Origin: a virus
Length of the DNA: 62,567 nt
IMG/VR virus record: IMGVR_UViG_3300045988_155882
Strand: one strand, 5' to 3'
Shown here: piece after piece, positions 9,107-18,054 of the stretch
How the letters are laid out: each line of letters starts with the position of its first letter
Numbering within the stretch: position 1 is the stretch's first letter
The notes under the pieces: generated by a model
The model's input: only the letters and a program-made list of their open reading frames with translations
What the model was told of the DNA's origin: nothing
Databases searched by the model: none
Translations under genes and position numbers: made by a program

Positions 9107-9531
9107 TTATGAAATCAAAATATGTATTATCAGTCGAACAGATGGAACATTTGCAGGAGCTTGGGTTGGATACAAGCGATGGAAGCATGTGTTTCGAGTG
9201 GAATGAATCAGATGCAGACAACATGGTTGTAACCTCTCCGGATGCCGATACGAATTACGACTATTATCATGAAACTTACACTTTGCAGGACATTCTCGAT
9301 AAGCTGCCTTGTTTTATTGGCACACATGTACTAACCTTACAGAAGCTTGCAAATAGCGGAACATGTTTATATATGGAGCCTTATTCGCGTTCTATATTAA
9401 ACCTGACAGAGAGTAAGGAACTTATTAATTCAGCCTACGAGATGCTGTGCTGGTGTATTGAAAACAGGTATATTAAAACTAATCAGTATGAAAGCAAGAA
9501 TAAAAGCAACCGGAACGATTGTAGAGGTTGA
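9103..9531 (+). CDS. hypothetical protein (142 aa)
   Basis: ORF track; ATGA overlap. Confidence 0.55.
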   Translation: MIMKSKYVLSVEQMEHLQELGLDTSDGSMCFEWNESDADNMVVTSPDADTNYDYYHETYTLQDILDKLPCFIGTHVLTLQKLANSGTCLYMEPYSRSILNLTESKELINSAYEMLCWCIENRYIKTNQYESKNKSNRNDCRG

Positions 9532-9775
9532 AGGCTTATTCGACGTTGGGACTGCCTTAGTGAATGGTAGGTATTTCAAAGTGTCAGAACTCGACTTCTT
9601 AGATAATTTTGAAACTATTGATTGGGAGCAAAGGCGTTATGAATTGGCGAAAGCTGCTATGCAAGGGTATTGTATTGCTTTAGGAATAAACGATGACAGT
9701 GAAACTTATGATGATATTGCAATAGGTTCCTTGAGAGCAGCCGATGCACTAATAAAGAAATTGAAAGGGAAATAA
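9458..9775 (+). CDS. hypothetical protein (105 aa; alternative ATG 9488)
   Basis: ORF track; overlaps the upstream ORF. Confidence 0.5.
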   Translation: MKTGILKLISMKARIKATGTIVEVEGLFDVGTALVNGRYFKVSELDFLDNFETIDWEQRRYELAKAAMQGYCIALGINDDSETYDDIAIGSLRAADALIKKLKGK

Positions 9776-9777
9776 CC

Positions 9778-9966
9778 ATGGATATAGAAGAAGCAAAAAA
9801 CAAGAAAGCGAAAGCCGAAATGGAGATAGCTCATATTCTGGAAAAACTTGAAGCCGAGACAGTCATGAATGTTAATGTTATATATCCGGTACGGCAATAT
9901 GCAGAGTCGAAACTAACAGTCGAACCCGCAGAGCACATAAAAGTAGATATAACTTTAACGCTATAA
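9778..9966 (+). CDS. hypothetical protein (62 aa)
   Basis: ORF track. Confidence 0.45.
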   Translation: MDIEEAKNKKAKAEMEIAHILEKLEAETVMNVNVIYPVRQYAESKLTVEPAEHIKVDITLTL

Positions 9967-9969
9967 ATC

Positions 9970-10143
9970 ATGGAACGATATAGGATTATACAAGGTCATG
10001 GATATAACGGTTGTATCCCTATAACAGTATATTGGGTTCAGGTACGAGAAGATGGCTTCTTTTCTGATAAATGGAGAAACATAAAAGGCTTTGATACATA
10101 TAAAAGAGCGAAAGAATTACTTGAAATTTTGAAAGGGAAATAA
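9970..10143 (+). CDS. small hypothetical protein (57 aa)
   Basis: ATG ORF MERYRIIQGHGYNG... fills the gap exactly. Confidence 0.4.
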   Translation: MERYRIIQGHGYNGCIPITVYWVQVREDGFFSDKWRNIKGFDTYKRAKELLEILKGK

Positions 10144-10145
10144 TC

Positions 10146-10343
10146 ATGGAAGTAAAGAACGGAATAATAATAGACGGAGTGCTGCATGAAGCTATAATTA
10201 AAAGCGAACTTGACAATGAATTTTATTGTGAGGATTGCTCTTTATATAGCTTCTGCCACGGAGGTTTTGATGAAAGATGCGCGATGTTTAGCGCTGATGG
10301 ATTTGTCATTCATGGCAAAGTAAAAATAGATAAGGAGGAATAA
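10146..10343 (+). CDS. hypothetical protein (65 aa)
   Basis: ORF track. Confidence 0.45.
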   Translation: MEVKNGIIIDGVLHEAIIKSELDNEFYCEDCSLYSFCHGGFDERCAMFSADGFVIHGKVKIDKEE

Positions 10344-10348
10344 TTAAA

Positions 10349-10660
10349 ATGGATATAGTACCTATTATAACAAAAGATAATCTTTCTAAGGAACAGATAG
10401 AATATCTGCAAAAGCAGCAAACAGAATATAAATTAATCAATAGGATTAAGAAGAATCCGGGACATATCTTGTTCTCTTTTAATCGAAAAACAGGGGAAAT
10501 CAAGAGAGCTTCTATTATACACAAGGTTGCTATTGGCTTTAATGGGCTTCCTGTAACCAAAGCTGAAACGGTTATAGAACCTGATTGCTATTACGACCAA
10601 GCCTTGAATGAAAAGAATTTTAGAAAGAAATTGAAGAGAATTGGATTGTTAAGTATTTAA
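10349..10660 (+). CDS. hypothetical protein (103 aa)
   Basis: ORF track. Confidence 0.55.
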   Translation: MDIVPIITKDNLSKEQIEYLQKQQTEYKLINRIKKNPGHILFSFNRKTGEIKRASIIHKVAIGFNGLPVTKAETVIEPDCYYDQALNEKNFRKKLKRIGLLSI

Positions 10661-10876
10661 TCGAACAAGATAGAGAAATATATGAGCATGATTTGGTTGA
10701 ATGCGCTGGTGTACTATGTGAAGTAGTGTATAGTGATAAAATCGGTTCTTTTGTGCTATTAGAAGTTCTGTCTCAAAATCTTGGAAATAAGCCAATAGGA
10801 CAAATGATAGATATGTTCGGGATTAGATATGTAGGTAATATTTACGACAGCCCGGAGTTATTGAAATAAAACAACC

Positions 10877-11353
10877 ATGAGTAAATACATGAATTGGGAA
10901 CTCTACGATAAACCACCTGAGGGTTTCTCCATTGACAAGCATACTGGTTCTCCTTTGACCGGATACGACTTTTACACAAACGGGAAAAGCGTCTTAAACG
11001 GAGGAGTAAGAATTCTTGTAAAATCTCTGAATGTTCATGTTAACAACATAGCAGACAACCATCACCCCGTGAAAAAATTCATCCCCAATAACAAAGAACC
11101 CAAGCATGACCCGATGATTAACCGTGATGTGCGTCAACGGGTAAATGTCTTTGCACGCGAGAGGTTTAAAGTAAAGCTGCTACAAGAAATAGAATTTGAT
11201 TTAATGGTGTGTCAACTCGAAGGCTGGAGCATGGGAAGCTACGTCAATGAGCTTAAGCAATTGATTGATGATGTTTATCGGAGAATGGTTAAGACAAAGA
11301 AAAGGAACACAGAGACTACCAGTAACCCAAAACTTGAATTTAAAGATGAATGA
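10877..11353 (+). CDS. hypothetical protein (158 aa)
   Basis: ORF track. Confidence 0.6.
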   Translation: MSKYMNWELYDKPPEGFSIDKHTGSPLTGYDFYTNGKSVLNGGVRILVKSLNVHVNNIADNHHPVKKFIPNNKEPKHDPMINRDVRQRVNVFARERFKVKLLQEIEFDLMVCQLEGWSMGSYVNELKQLIDDVYRRMVKTKKRNTETTSNPKLEFKDE

Positions 11354-11732
11354 ATTATATATACCTCCACAGCGATTAAACCGCAACCCTATTAACGGGT
11401 GGTTTTTAAAAGGAGGTATCCCTCATAACAAGGGAAAGAAATGGGATGATTACACCCCTTCGCATAAAAGGGAAAGTATGATTAAAGGATTAGCCTTAGG
11501 GAGAACGGGAAACCCTAATATAGCGGGCTGCAATGCAAAGAAAGTAGTAGCTATAAAAAGCGGACGGTTACAAGGTGTTTTCCAGTCCTCTAACGATGCG
11601 GAACGAAAGACCGGCATCTGTGCCCGTAATATCAGGAATTGCTGTTCCGGAAAGCGTAAACACGCTGGCGGCTATCAATGGTTTTGGGAAAGCGATAATA
11701 GTTGGTGTGAATTAGTTAACAAAAATATATGA
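11346..11732 (+). CDS. Homing-endonuclease-related DNA-binding protein (no clear catalytic motif)
   Basis: C-terminus NDAERKTGICARNIRNCCSGKRKHAGGYQWFW is paralogous to the C-terminus of 7630..8160; ATG 11346 overlaps the upstream stop. Confidence 0.5.
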   Translation: MNELYIPPQRLNRNPINGWFLKGGIPHNKGKKWDDYTPSHKRESMIKGLALGRTGNPNIAGCNAKKVVAIKSGRLQGVFQSSNDAERKTGICARNIRNCCSGKRKHAGGYQWFWESDNSWCELVNKNI

Positions 11733-11829
11733 GTAAACTATACAAAATAACTCTCTTCGGTAAATCATTCATTATAGGATGGTTCAGCCATGCGGACAAG
11801 TGGTATCATAAATTTAGTATAATAAAATA

Positions 11830-12054
11830 ATGGATATAACAGAATTAAAAATCGGTGACCGGGTGAGAATAAAACTCCCGTCACCACAAGGAGAGAGACT
11901 TTCCATACCCATGCAGGTAATAGGGCTGCTTTCTAGTTTCAACAATCCAAGCCCTAAAGATACGGTATATCTTGACTTTGAAGGAAATGAGGGAGATATA
12001 TGGGAAGAAGAAGTACAAAATTTAGTGTTTTCAGACAATGAAGAGAAGTCATGA
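11830..12054 (+). CDS. hypothetical protein (74 aa)
   Basis: ORF track. Confidence 0.5.
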   Translation: MDITELKIGDRVRIKLPSPQGERLSIPMQVIGLLSSFNNPSPKDTVYLDFEGNEGDIWEEEVQNLVFSDNEEKS

Positions 12055-12449
12055 GAAAAGCAGACAGAATAATCAGAGACAGACATTCCCGTATCCCGGA
12101 CAAATACAAGAAGATTGACACTACGGTCAACGGGGATGTAGAAAGCCTTGCCGAACAACACAAGGAAGTGGAAAGAAGACTATTCCCTCTACGCCTTAAC
12201 AAGACCACTGTTATTTACGTCACAAAAGACAAACAGAATGAAGCATATGCAGCGAAAGCACGTAAACGGATGGGGATAACAGAACCGAAGAAACCTTTTG
12301 TCGACCCACTTTCGGAAGAAAACATTACCAAGTTGTACAAGGAAGAAAAGATACCACCCCGCAGAATGGCTGAAATGTTGGATGTGAGTGTGAGGACAAT
12401 ATATCTAAGATTGGCTAAGTATGGACTTACAAAAGTTAAATGCAGATAA
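12051..12449 (+). CDS. hypothetical protein with C-terminal HTH
   Basis: PRRMAEMLDVSVRTIYLRLAKYGL resembles a helix-turn-helix. Confidence 0.55.
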   Translation: MRKADRIIRDRHSRIPDKYKKIDTTVNGDVESLAEQHKEVERRLFPLRLNKTTVIYVTKDKQNEAYAAKARKRMGITEPKKPFVDPLSEENITKLYKEEKIPPRRMAEMLDVSVRTIYLRLAKYGLTKVKCR

Positions 12450-12450
12450 T

Positions 12451-12603
12451 ATGAAAGAGAATAATATTTTAAACAAAGAGATTTATACAGAGGCTATGAT
12501 AGCAGCTTCTAAGGTTGATTTCCTTGAGAGCAAGGAAGAAGTTAAGATGTATGCCACTTCGTTGTATAACGCGATGATATGGGGTAGAAAAGTAAAATAT
12601 TAA
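12451..12603 (+). CDS. small hypothetical protein (50 aa)
   Basis: ATG directly after the upstream stop; in frame with track ORF 12421..12603. Confidence 0.4.
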   Translation: MKENNILNKEIYTEAMIAASKVDFLESKEEVKMYATSLYNAMIWGRKVKY

Positions 12604-12634
12604 GTTTTTTATTTGGCGTTATAGAAATTAGAGG

Positions 12635-12642
12635 TATATTTG
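12635..12642 (+). promoter_or_regulatory. Bacteroides-type -7 box TATATTTG
   Basis: Exact TAnnTTTG; about 200 nt upstream of the Rha-like gene. Confidence 0.5.
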
Positions 12643-12672
12643 CAGCGTTACACATATTAAGAGGCGGACGGT

Positions 12673-12697
12673 TGTCTGCTTTATGCAGGCATTTTTT
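12673..12697 (+). terminator. Leader hairpin plus T6 (attenuator-like) inside the Rha gene leader
   Basis: TGTCTGC-TTTAT-GCAGGCA followed by TTTTTT. Confidence 0.45.
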
Positions 12698-12881
12698 ATG
12701 CTTGTAAGCTAACGCTGTATATTATAGCGGTCTGCAAACCCGTGTGGAGAGTTAATAGCCTCCCAACTGCCTCTTAGGTATGTGTAACGGCGGGTTAATT
12801 GCAGACCGTCTTCTTTCTGCAATGCCATAAAACGTTACAAAAATGGCAAATGAATTAGTTTTTAAAGGTCAAAATGACTAA

Positions 12882-13592
12882 GTGTTAACCAATAGTATTT
12901 TGGTTGCTGAAAAGTTTGGCAAAGAGCCAAACGATGTAGTAAGAGCAATAGATAATTTATTGCAAAACGCTGATAATGAATGTGACACAAAAGTTCGGGA
13001 CATGTTCGTGGAATATACAGAAGATGTTCCACAGCCCAATGGAGGGGTGAAATCCGCAAGACGATTTATAATGAACCGAGACGGTTTCACTCTTTTGGCA
13101 ATGGGATTCACTGGTAAGAAAGCCCTAAAATTTAAATTGGAATACATCGCAGCATTCAACTCTATGGAAAACGCATTGAAACGGCATCTTTCTTCCGCAC
13201 AGATGTTTGCAATGCAAGCGAACATAAACCTCGAATACGAGAAACGGATAGAGAATATAGAGAATGAGATTGCGGAAATAAAGAAAGAACGGGAAGAAAA
13301 CGGGAAATTCTTATTGTCAGTGGCTATGTCTTCGGAAGAATTGCCGCAGCTGTCTATGCGTGACAACATCCGGCAGCTGGTAAACAAATACGCATCCGCC
13401 ATGAATATAAGGCAGCAAGACGTATGGCACAAGATTTATGACCAGCTGTATTACCTATACCATATCTCCATACGGAACTACAAGAAAGCAAGACGAGACG
13501 AATCCAAACTTGAAATAGCGGAGAGAAATCATTTCCTTGATAAGATATACAACATCATATCCAATATGGTGAGAGAATCTAAAGCAGCCTAA
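12882..13592 (+). CDS. Rha-family phage regulatory protein (GTG start as given; homologous N-terminus continues upstream to ATG 12843 across an in-frame TAA)
   Basis: LTNSILVAEKFGKEPNDVVRAIDNLL matches the Rha pattern; upstream in-frame MANELVFKGQND-TAA. Confidence 0.7.
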   Translation: MLTNSILVAEKFGKEPNDVVRAIDNLLQNADNECDTKVRDMFVEYTEDVPQPNGGVKSARRFIMNRDGFTLLAMGFTGKKALKFKLEYIAAFNSMENALKRHLSSAQMFAMQANINLEYEKRIENIENEIAEIKKEREENGKFLLSVAMSSEELPQLSMRDNIRQLVNKYASAMNIRQQDVWHKIYDQLYYLYHISIRNYKKARRDESKLEIAERNHFLDKIYNIISNMVRESKAA

Positions 13593-13602
13593 CCCTATTG
13601 CC

Positions 13603-13636
13603 AAGCCCTGCCCGTACCTATTCCGGGCGGGCTTTT
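13603..13636 (+). terminator. Rho-independent terminator after the Rha gene
   Basis: AAGCCCTGCCCG ... CGGGCGGGCTT stem followed by TTTT. Confidence 0.6.
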
Positions 13637-13662
13637 ACTAAAAGACTAAACAAATATTCATC

Positions 13663-13896
13663 ATGGAAAGAAATACAATACCTGCTAAGAAGCAATACGA
13701 CCTTAGCGCAATAGACGAATTATTCAAACATAGCATAACACCCGAAGAACTTAGAGGGGAGCTTATCGTACTGGTGTTTGATTACGCACAATACGTAGAG
13801 GAAGGTGTTACCGACTTGTTCAAATGTCACATGGGTACGCTATATGTGCTATATAAGGCTTTAGAGGATGTAAAAGAATTAGAGACACCAAGCTAA
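13663..13896 (+). CDS. hypothetical protein (77 aa), last gene of the plus block
   Basis: ORF track. Confidence 0.5.
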   Translation: MERNTIPAKKQYDLSAIDELFKHSITPEELRGELIVLVFDYAQYVEEGVTDLFKCHMGTLYVLYKALEDVKELETPS

Positions 13897-13926
13897 TACC
13901 CTCACCAAAACAGCAAGCGGTATAGC

Positions 13927-13968
13927 CCAATGGAGAACCCGTTCAAAGCGTTCTAAACGTTCCATTGG
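13927..13968. terminator. Hairpin at the convergence point of plus and minus blocks (possible bidirectional terminator)
   Basis: CCAATGG...CCATTGG inverted repeat. Confidence 0.3.
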
Positions 13969-14028
13969 ATAACCCGGAAAAGGCGGCAATAGTCCATGTA
14001 AAGGACATTGTCCGCCAATTCAAGCAGT

Positions 14029-14199
14029 TCATCTATGTAATCCCTTTTTCGCATCACGTTCAAGTTTTCTACGTTGTTGGCGGTTTATACCATTTGCTAT
14101 GGCAAGGGTGTTCAGCGTCTCTTTCTGTTCGGGAGAAAGCATGTTATATACTTCTTCCCGTGATTTGCCTGATAAAATGGCTTGTACTATTTTCCACAT
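14029..14199 (-). CDS. small hypothetical protein (56 aa)
   Basis: ATG ORF MWKIVQAILSGKSREEVYNMLSPEQKETL...; overlaps the upstream stop by 13 nt. Confidence 0.35.
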   Translation of the reverse strand: MWKIVQAILSGKSREEVYNMLSPEQKETLNTLAIANGINRQQRRKLERDAKKGLHR

Positions 14200-14609
14200 A
14201 AGCTACGTCTACAATGTTCACACAAAAATTTCTTCGCTACCGGGAACATCTTCTGTCCCACATATCCGCTAAGGTACTGCGCCTCTTCCCCGTATGGGTC
14301 GATGCCGAACGCCCGTGAGATATGCCGACATAGATGCCCTTTTTCATGGTCGAAAGAGTTTTGAAACTCTGCCGGGGAAGAAGTAAGGGCTATAACCATT
14401 ACGGTTTGCCTGTTTTGGATATTGGAGTAAGTGATACCCGTATTCAGATTGCAGGAGCGCATGTTCTTATAGGCATTCACCAAATCCAGCCCCCTGCATC
14501 CAACCCGCCGAAGGTCGGCGATGATACGGTCGGTATAATAGCAGTCCACCGCATAATATACCCTTACTTCCCAATCATAATCCGGTATGTAAAATTCCTG
14601 TATTATCAT
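14187..14609 (-). CDS. hypothetical protein with HExxH motif (HEKGH)
   Basis: ORF track; SFDHEKGHLCRH. Confidence 0.55.
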   Translation of the reverse strand: MIIQEFYIPDYDWEVRVYYAVDCYYTDRIIADLRRVGCRGLDLVNAYKNMRSCNLNTGITYSNIQNRQTVMVIALTSSPAEFQNSFDHEKGHLCRHISRAFGIDPYGEEAQYLSGYVGQKMFPVAKKFLCEHCRRSLCGK

Positions 14610-14612
14610 AGG

Positions 14613-15032
14613 CTACATCATCTGTTCCCACATGATAGGATTGCCGGAGCCTATGCAGTCAGCATAGAACCGCGTGAAAGGCATTCCATTGTAAGCGTCC
14701 ACATCATCTATGTAATCCTTAATGAACAATGCGAGATGGGCTTCGTCAGTGATAGAACTTTTGTAGTAATCCGACTTCGCCATGTTTGCCACGTAAACGC
14801 TGTCGTATCCTGCGTCCTTCTCCAAGTTTACACTGTACTTTTTAAGAAGCTCCTCTACCTGTTCTTTGCTGATTGGTTCAAGTTTTTCCTCCTTTCCCGT
14901 AGATTTGTTTTCCATCTTCATGCGGGAAACAGCCCATAGGCACATCTTCTTGCTGAAATGCCATCCGTACTGGCTGAGATAGTCAGCCATTGCAGGCGGT
15001 ATTCTGTCGTATGTATCTAATCTTTGTTTCAT
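14613..15032 (-). CDS. hypothetical protein (139 aa)
   Basis: ORF track. Confidence 0.6.
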   Translation of the reverse strand: MKQRLDTYDRIPPAMADYLSQYGWHFSKKMCLWAVSRMKMENKSTGKEEKLEPISKEQVEELLKKYSVNLEKDAGYDSVYVANMAKSDYYKSSITDEAHLALFIKDYIDDVDAYNGMPFTRFYADCIGSGNPIMWEQMM

Positions 15033-15083
15033 ATTTTCCTGATTTTAAGTGATTGGCAAAAGAGGGGAATAATCCCCTCTCCA

Positions 15084-15416
15084 TTACATGAACTCTCCGT
15101 TGGCGCGTCTACGTCTGCGTTCGCCCATATCATCACCGTAAGGCTGTGAATCGCGGCGTTCGTTGTAAACCGGATATTCCGGGAAGTAACCCGGCATACG
15201 ACGTTCTCCCATATCCGAGCCGCCGCTATAGCTTCCACCGCGTGAACCACCGCTGTTACGATAGCCCATTTCACCGCCCTGCATCTCACGCATGGCTTTC
15301 TCGTAACCATGACGACAACCCTCTCTATAGGCTTCTTCCATAGGATTACCGCCTCTCATACCGAAGTCACGGTCATATTCTCCGCGTCCTTCTTCCAATA
15401 TTTCCCACATTCCCAT
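15084..15416 (-). CDS. Gly/Arg/Glu-rich hypothetical protein (110 aa)
   Basis: ATG 15416 sits directly after the upstream stop; the longer track ORF would overlap the upstream gene by about 30 nt. Confidence 0.5.
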   Translation of the reverse strand: MGMWEILEEGRGEYDRDFGMRGGNPMEEAYREGCRHGYEKAMREMQGGEMGYRNSGGSRGGSYSGGSDMGERRMPGYFPEYPVYNERRDSQPYGDDMGERRRRRANGEFM

Positions 15417-15417
15417 A

Positions 15418-15960
15418 TTATTTCTTTGTTTTAGATGTTTCAGCAACTCCGAGCTGTTCCATAAGCCGTTTGTTCAAATCCATAAGGTCGGACATATTTT
15501 TGCTCATTTCTGCCATTTGCCCTTTCAGAGAGGATATTTCCTGTTCCTGACGTTGTTTCTCTGCAAATTCGGGGTTCAAGAGCGTCAGCATCTTGTCACA
15601 TCCCGCAATGACGGAATTGTGGAAGTCCATGCTGTTGATGATGTCTATGCTTTTCTGTTTCATAGAAGCGACCTCGTTATTCATCGCATCACGAGAGCAT
15701 GACACTACGATATTGCCGTTCTGTCCGAAGTCGGCTATATCCATGCCGGCAGGTAGATTTTGGAAAGTCGTGTTCTGCCCGTTGATACAGACAACGACAT
15801 CCACAACCATTTCCATTTGGGGCAACTGTCCCATAGGGGATGCCATAGGATATTTCGGCTTAGGAGCGGAAACGCTGACTACCGGACCGTATTCGATAAA
15901 CGGGTTAGCATCCTTATGAAGTATATACAACTGGTTATTGGTACGAAGTGATTGAAACAT
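15418..15960 (-). CDS. hypothetical protein (180 aa), C-terminal coiled coil
   Basis: ORF track. Confidence 0.6.
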   Translation of the reverse strand: MFQSLRTNNQLYILHKDANPFIEYGPVVSVSAPKPKYPMASPMGQLPQMEMVVDVVVCINGQNTTFQNLPAGMDIADFGQNGNIVVSCSRDAMNNEVASMKQKSIDIINSMDFHNSVIAGCDKMLTLLNPEFAEKQRQEQEISSLKGQMAEMSKNMSDLMDLNKRLMEQLGVAETSKTKK

Positions 15961-16026
15961 ATTGGTTTGATTTTAAAGGGGTGTGGCTATTCCCATTTTG
16001 GAAATAACCACAAAGCCCCATGTTAA

Positions 16027-16449
16027 CTACTTGCTCTTTTGAGCGGTTGCTTCTGCTGTCGGAGTCGGTGTCGATGCGGTTGTCGGACGATACCCACCGT
16101 TAACAAGGAACAGTTCGTTGGTGTACTTGTTATAGTGGATTTCGTAGATACCCGTTCCGGCAAGGTTGCCGACAGTCACCGGCTCATTGTTGTAAGCCAG
16201 CAACGGTCTTGTATCCCCATTAGTCCCTATCAGTATCGGGAGTGTAGCAGTCGTACCGGCAGGTATCGCCTGGCGGAGACTGACATAGAAACCGCCTACA
16301 TAGCTTCTGTTACGGAACGCATGGTTAGGCAGCTCTAAAGTCACGTTCTCCGTGCCGACCGTTACGGCTACCGTAGGAAGGGTATTGAAATTAGCCCTTC
16401 CAATAGTAGGGAACAAGAAAGGAAATCCTGTAAAAAAGTTAGGCCACAT
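16027..16449 (-). CDS. hypothetical protein (140 aa)
   Basis: ORF track. Confidence 0.6.
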   Translation of the reverse strand: MWPNFFTGFPFLFPTIGRANFNTLPTVAVTVGTENVTLELPNHAFRNRSYVGGFYVSLRQAIPAGTTATLPILIGTNGDTRPLLAYNNEPVTVGNLAGTGIYEIHYNKYTNELFLVNGGYRPTTASTPTPTAEATAQKSK

Positions 16450-16472
16450 AATTACCCCCTTTCTTACCGGAA

Positions 16473-17456
16473 TTAACCCCAGTAGTTGTTACAACCACAA
16501 CCGCTACGCCCATACATTGCATCACCGGCGTAAGCACCGAAAGCCGCAGCACGAGCTATCTCAGGGTTAAATGCTTGCAATTGCGGGTATGGCACTGCTA
16601 CCGTAGGTGGCATCTTGCATTTTATTCCATCGACATCGGACTGCAATGCCTGCAAGCCTGCTGCCAAAGGAGCAATCTGTTGTCCTACTGAATTCAGGAT
16701 AGTAGCATTCTGGTTACGTTGGGAGATTTCAGCGGTCAAAGTGGCTTTTTCTGCTGTAAGAGCCGCAATCTTGTCCTGCAATGCTTGGTTCTGCATGGCG
16801 TCCAGCTTTGCAAGGATAGCATTGGTATTGGCGGTCGCACCGTCACGCAATGAAAGGGCATTCTGATTGGCTGTGTTGACAAGCGCGTTGGTCTGATTGC
16901 ACATCGCAAGCTGGTTCTCATAGCCCATTGTGGTAATGGCGTTCTGAGTCTTGCAGCAACAATCTGCAATCTGAGTAAGAACAGCCTGATTTCCGGACTG
17001 GAATGCGTTGATGATTTGCTGGCTTGACATGCCCACCTGATTGCCCACATTGGCGATAAGTCCCTGGATGTTGCACAGGGCGCTCTGTAACTGTTGGGTA
17101 GAGCAGTTCAAAGAAGAAGCAAGCTGGTTGATGGCATTGCCATTGCCCTGAATGGCTGACATCAGGTATTCACGACCGACATCACCGTTAAGCTCGGCAG
17201 GCAGACCGCCACCATTGCCAAAGCGGTTGCCGAAGCCGTTGCCGCCCCAACAGAACCACAAAAGGATAATCCAGATGAACCACCACGAGCCGCCCCATTG
17301 GTCTTGGCTGCCACGTCCCTGGTTCAGTAAAGCGAGAAGGCCGGGGTCTACACCCTTGCTTCCCATCAAGTTGGGCAACATAGCCATGATGTCGAATTTG
17401 CTTCCGCCACCATTTCCGTTGTTCCCGTCTTGGTTGAAGACATACGTTCTTTCCAT
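16473..17456 (-). CDS. Q/N-rich membrane-anchored coiled-coil protein (327 aa)
   Basis: Trp-rich TM segment WWFIWIILLWFCW, long Q/N/A-rich region, Cys-rich C-terminus. Confidence 0.65.
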   Translation of the reverse strand: MERTYVFNQDGNNGNGGGSKFDIMAMLPNLMGSKGVDPGLLALLNQGRGSQDQWGGSWWFIWIILLWFCWGGNGFGNRFGNGGGLPAELNGDVGREYLMSAIQGNGNAINQLASSLNCSTQQLQSALCNIQGLIANVGNQVGMSSQQIINAFQSGNQAVLTQIADCCCKTQNAITTMGYENQLAMCNQTNALVNTANQNALSLRDGATANTNAILAKLDAMQNQALQDKIAALTAEKATLTAEISQRNQNATILNSVGQQIAPLAAGLQALQSDVDGIKCKMPPTVAVPYPQLQAFNPEIARAAAFGAYAGDAMYGRSGCGCNNYWG

Positions 17457-17529
17457 AGAGATTTATATTTTGTATTACGGTCAAAATCAACCGCATCACA
17501 AAAGTATAAATACGCAATCTGCCATGAAA

Positions 17530-17823
17530 TCAGTTGTTTCCCAACGCTTTCCTAATGTTTTCCCAATATATTCTCAACATTTTCCCGCCTTCCATACGTT
17601 CCTGGAAATTGGAAATCATGTAGTTTATCGCACGTTTGGTCTTGTGGATTTTAGGAGCTATCTGCGAAGGATACATTCCCCTTTCGACAAGCAACTGTAC
17701 AAGCAAATAGCGGGCGTCTACGGTTTCCGTATCCTTATCCGAAGATAGTATTCGGCTGGCGGTAATTTCGGTCTCCTGCGCCACGAGATTAATTGTTTCG
17801 GCAAAGATTTCTGATTTACACAT
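17530..17823 (-). CDS. putative DNA-binding protein (DnaA C-terminal-like HTH)
   Basis: ILSSDKDTETVDARYLLVQLLVERGMYPSQIAPKIHKTKRAINYM pattern. Confidence 0.45.
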   Translation of the reverse strand: MCKSEIFAETINLVAQETEITASRILSSDKDTETVDARYLLVQLLVERGMYPSQIAPKIHKTKRAINYMISNFQERMEGGKMLRIYWENIRKALGNN

Positions 17824-17844
17824 AGTTTTTCTGAATTTTATATT

Positions 17845-17852
17845 TATCTTTG
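17845..17852 (+). promoter_or_regulatory. Plus-strand -7 box TATCTTTG inside the minus-strand block
   Basis: Exact TAnnTTTG immediately upstream of a 109-nt hairpin. Confidence 0.4.
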
Positions 17853-17854
17853 CC

Positions 17855-17963
17855 TTGCCACATAAAACATGAGATTAAATGAACAAAGCATAAGATAATG
17901 CGTTGAAGATATTAAAGCCTCCAACGTGCATTGTCTTATGCTTATCATGTTTTTATGTGGCAA
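17855..17963 (+). ncRNA. 109-nt extended hairpin (candidate small RNA or terminator)
   Basis: TTGCCACATAAAACATGA / TCATGTTTTTATGTGGCAA outer arms; AAGCATAAGATAATGC / GCATTGTCTTATGCTT inner arms. Confidence 0.4.
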
Positions 17964-18054
17964 TATTAACGTGAAACGTTGGGGGCTTTCTTTTTACTCT
18001 AAGCCCCGAAAGAGTGTCAGCTACAAGCCAACTTCTACATCGTTAATTTCTTTC

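Noticed and set aside
12878-13432. 184-aa minus-strand ORF antisense to the Rha gene (likewise 14334..14939 plus, 31751..32212 plus, 32387..32974 plus, 20624..21010 plus)
   Set aside because: These are shadow ORFs opposite well-supported genes. They have Ser/Leu/Phe-rich low-complexity composition and some span boundaries of the real genes.
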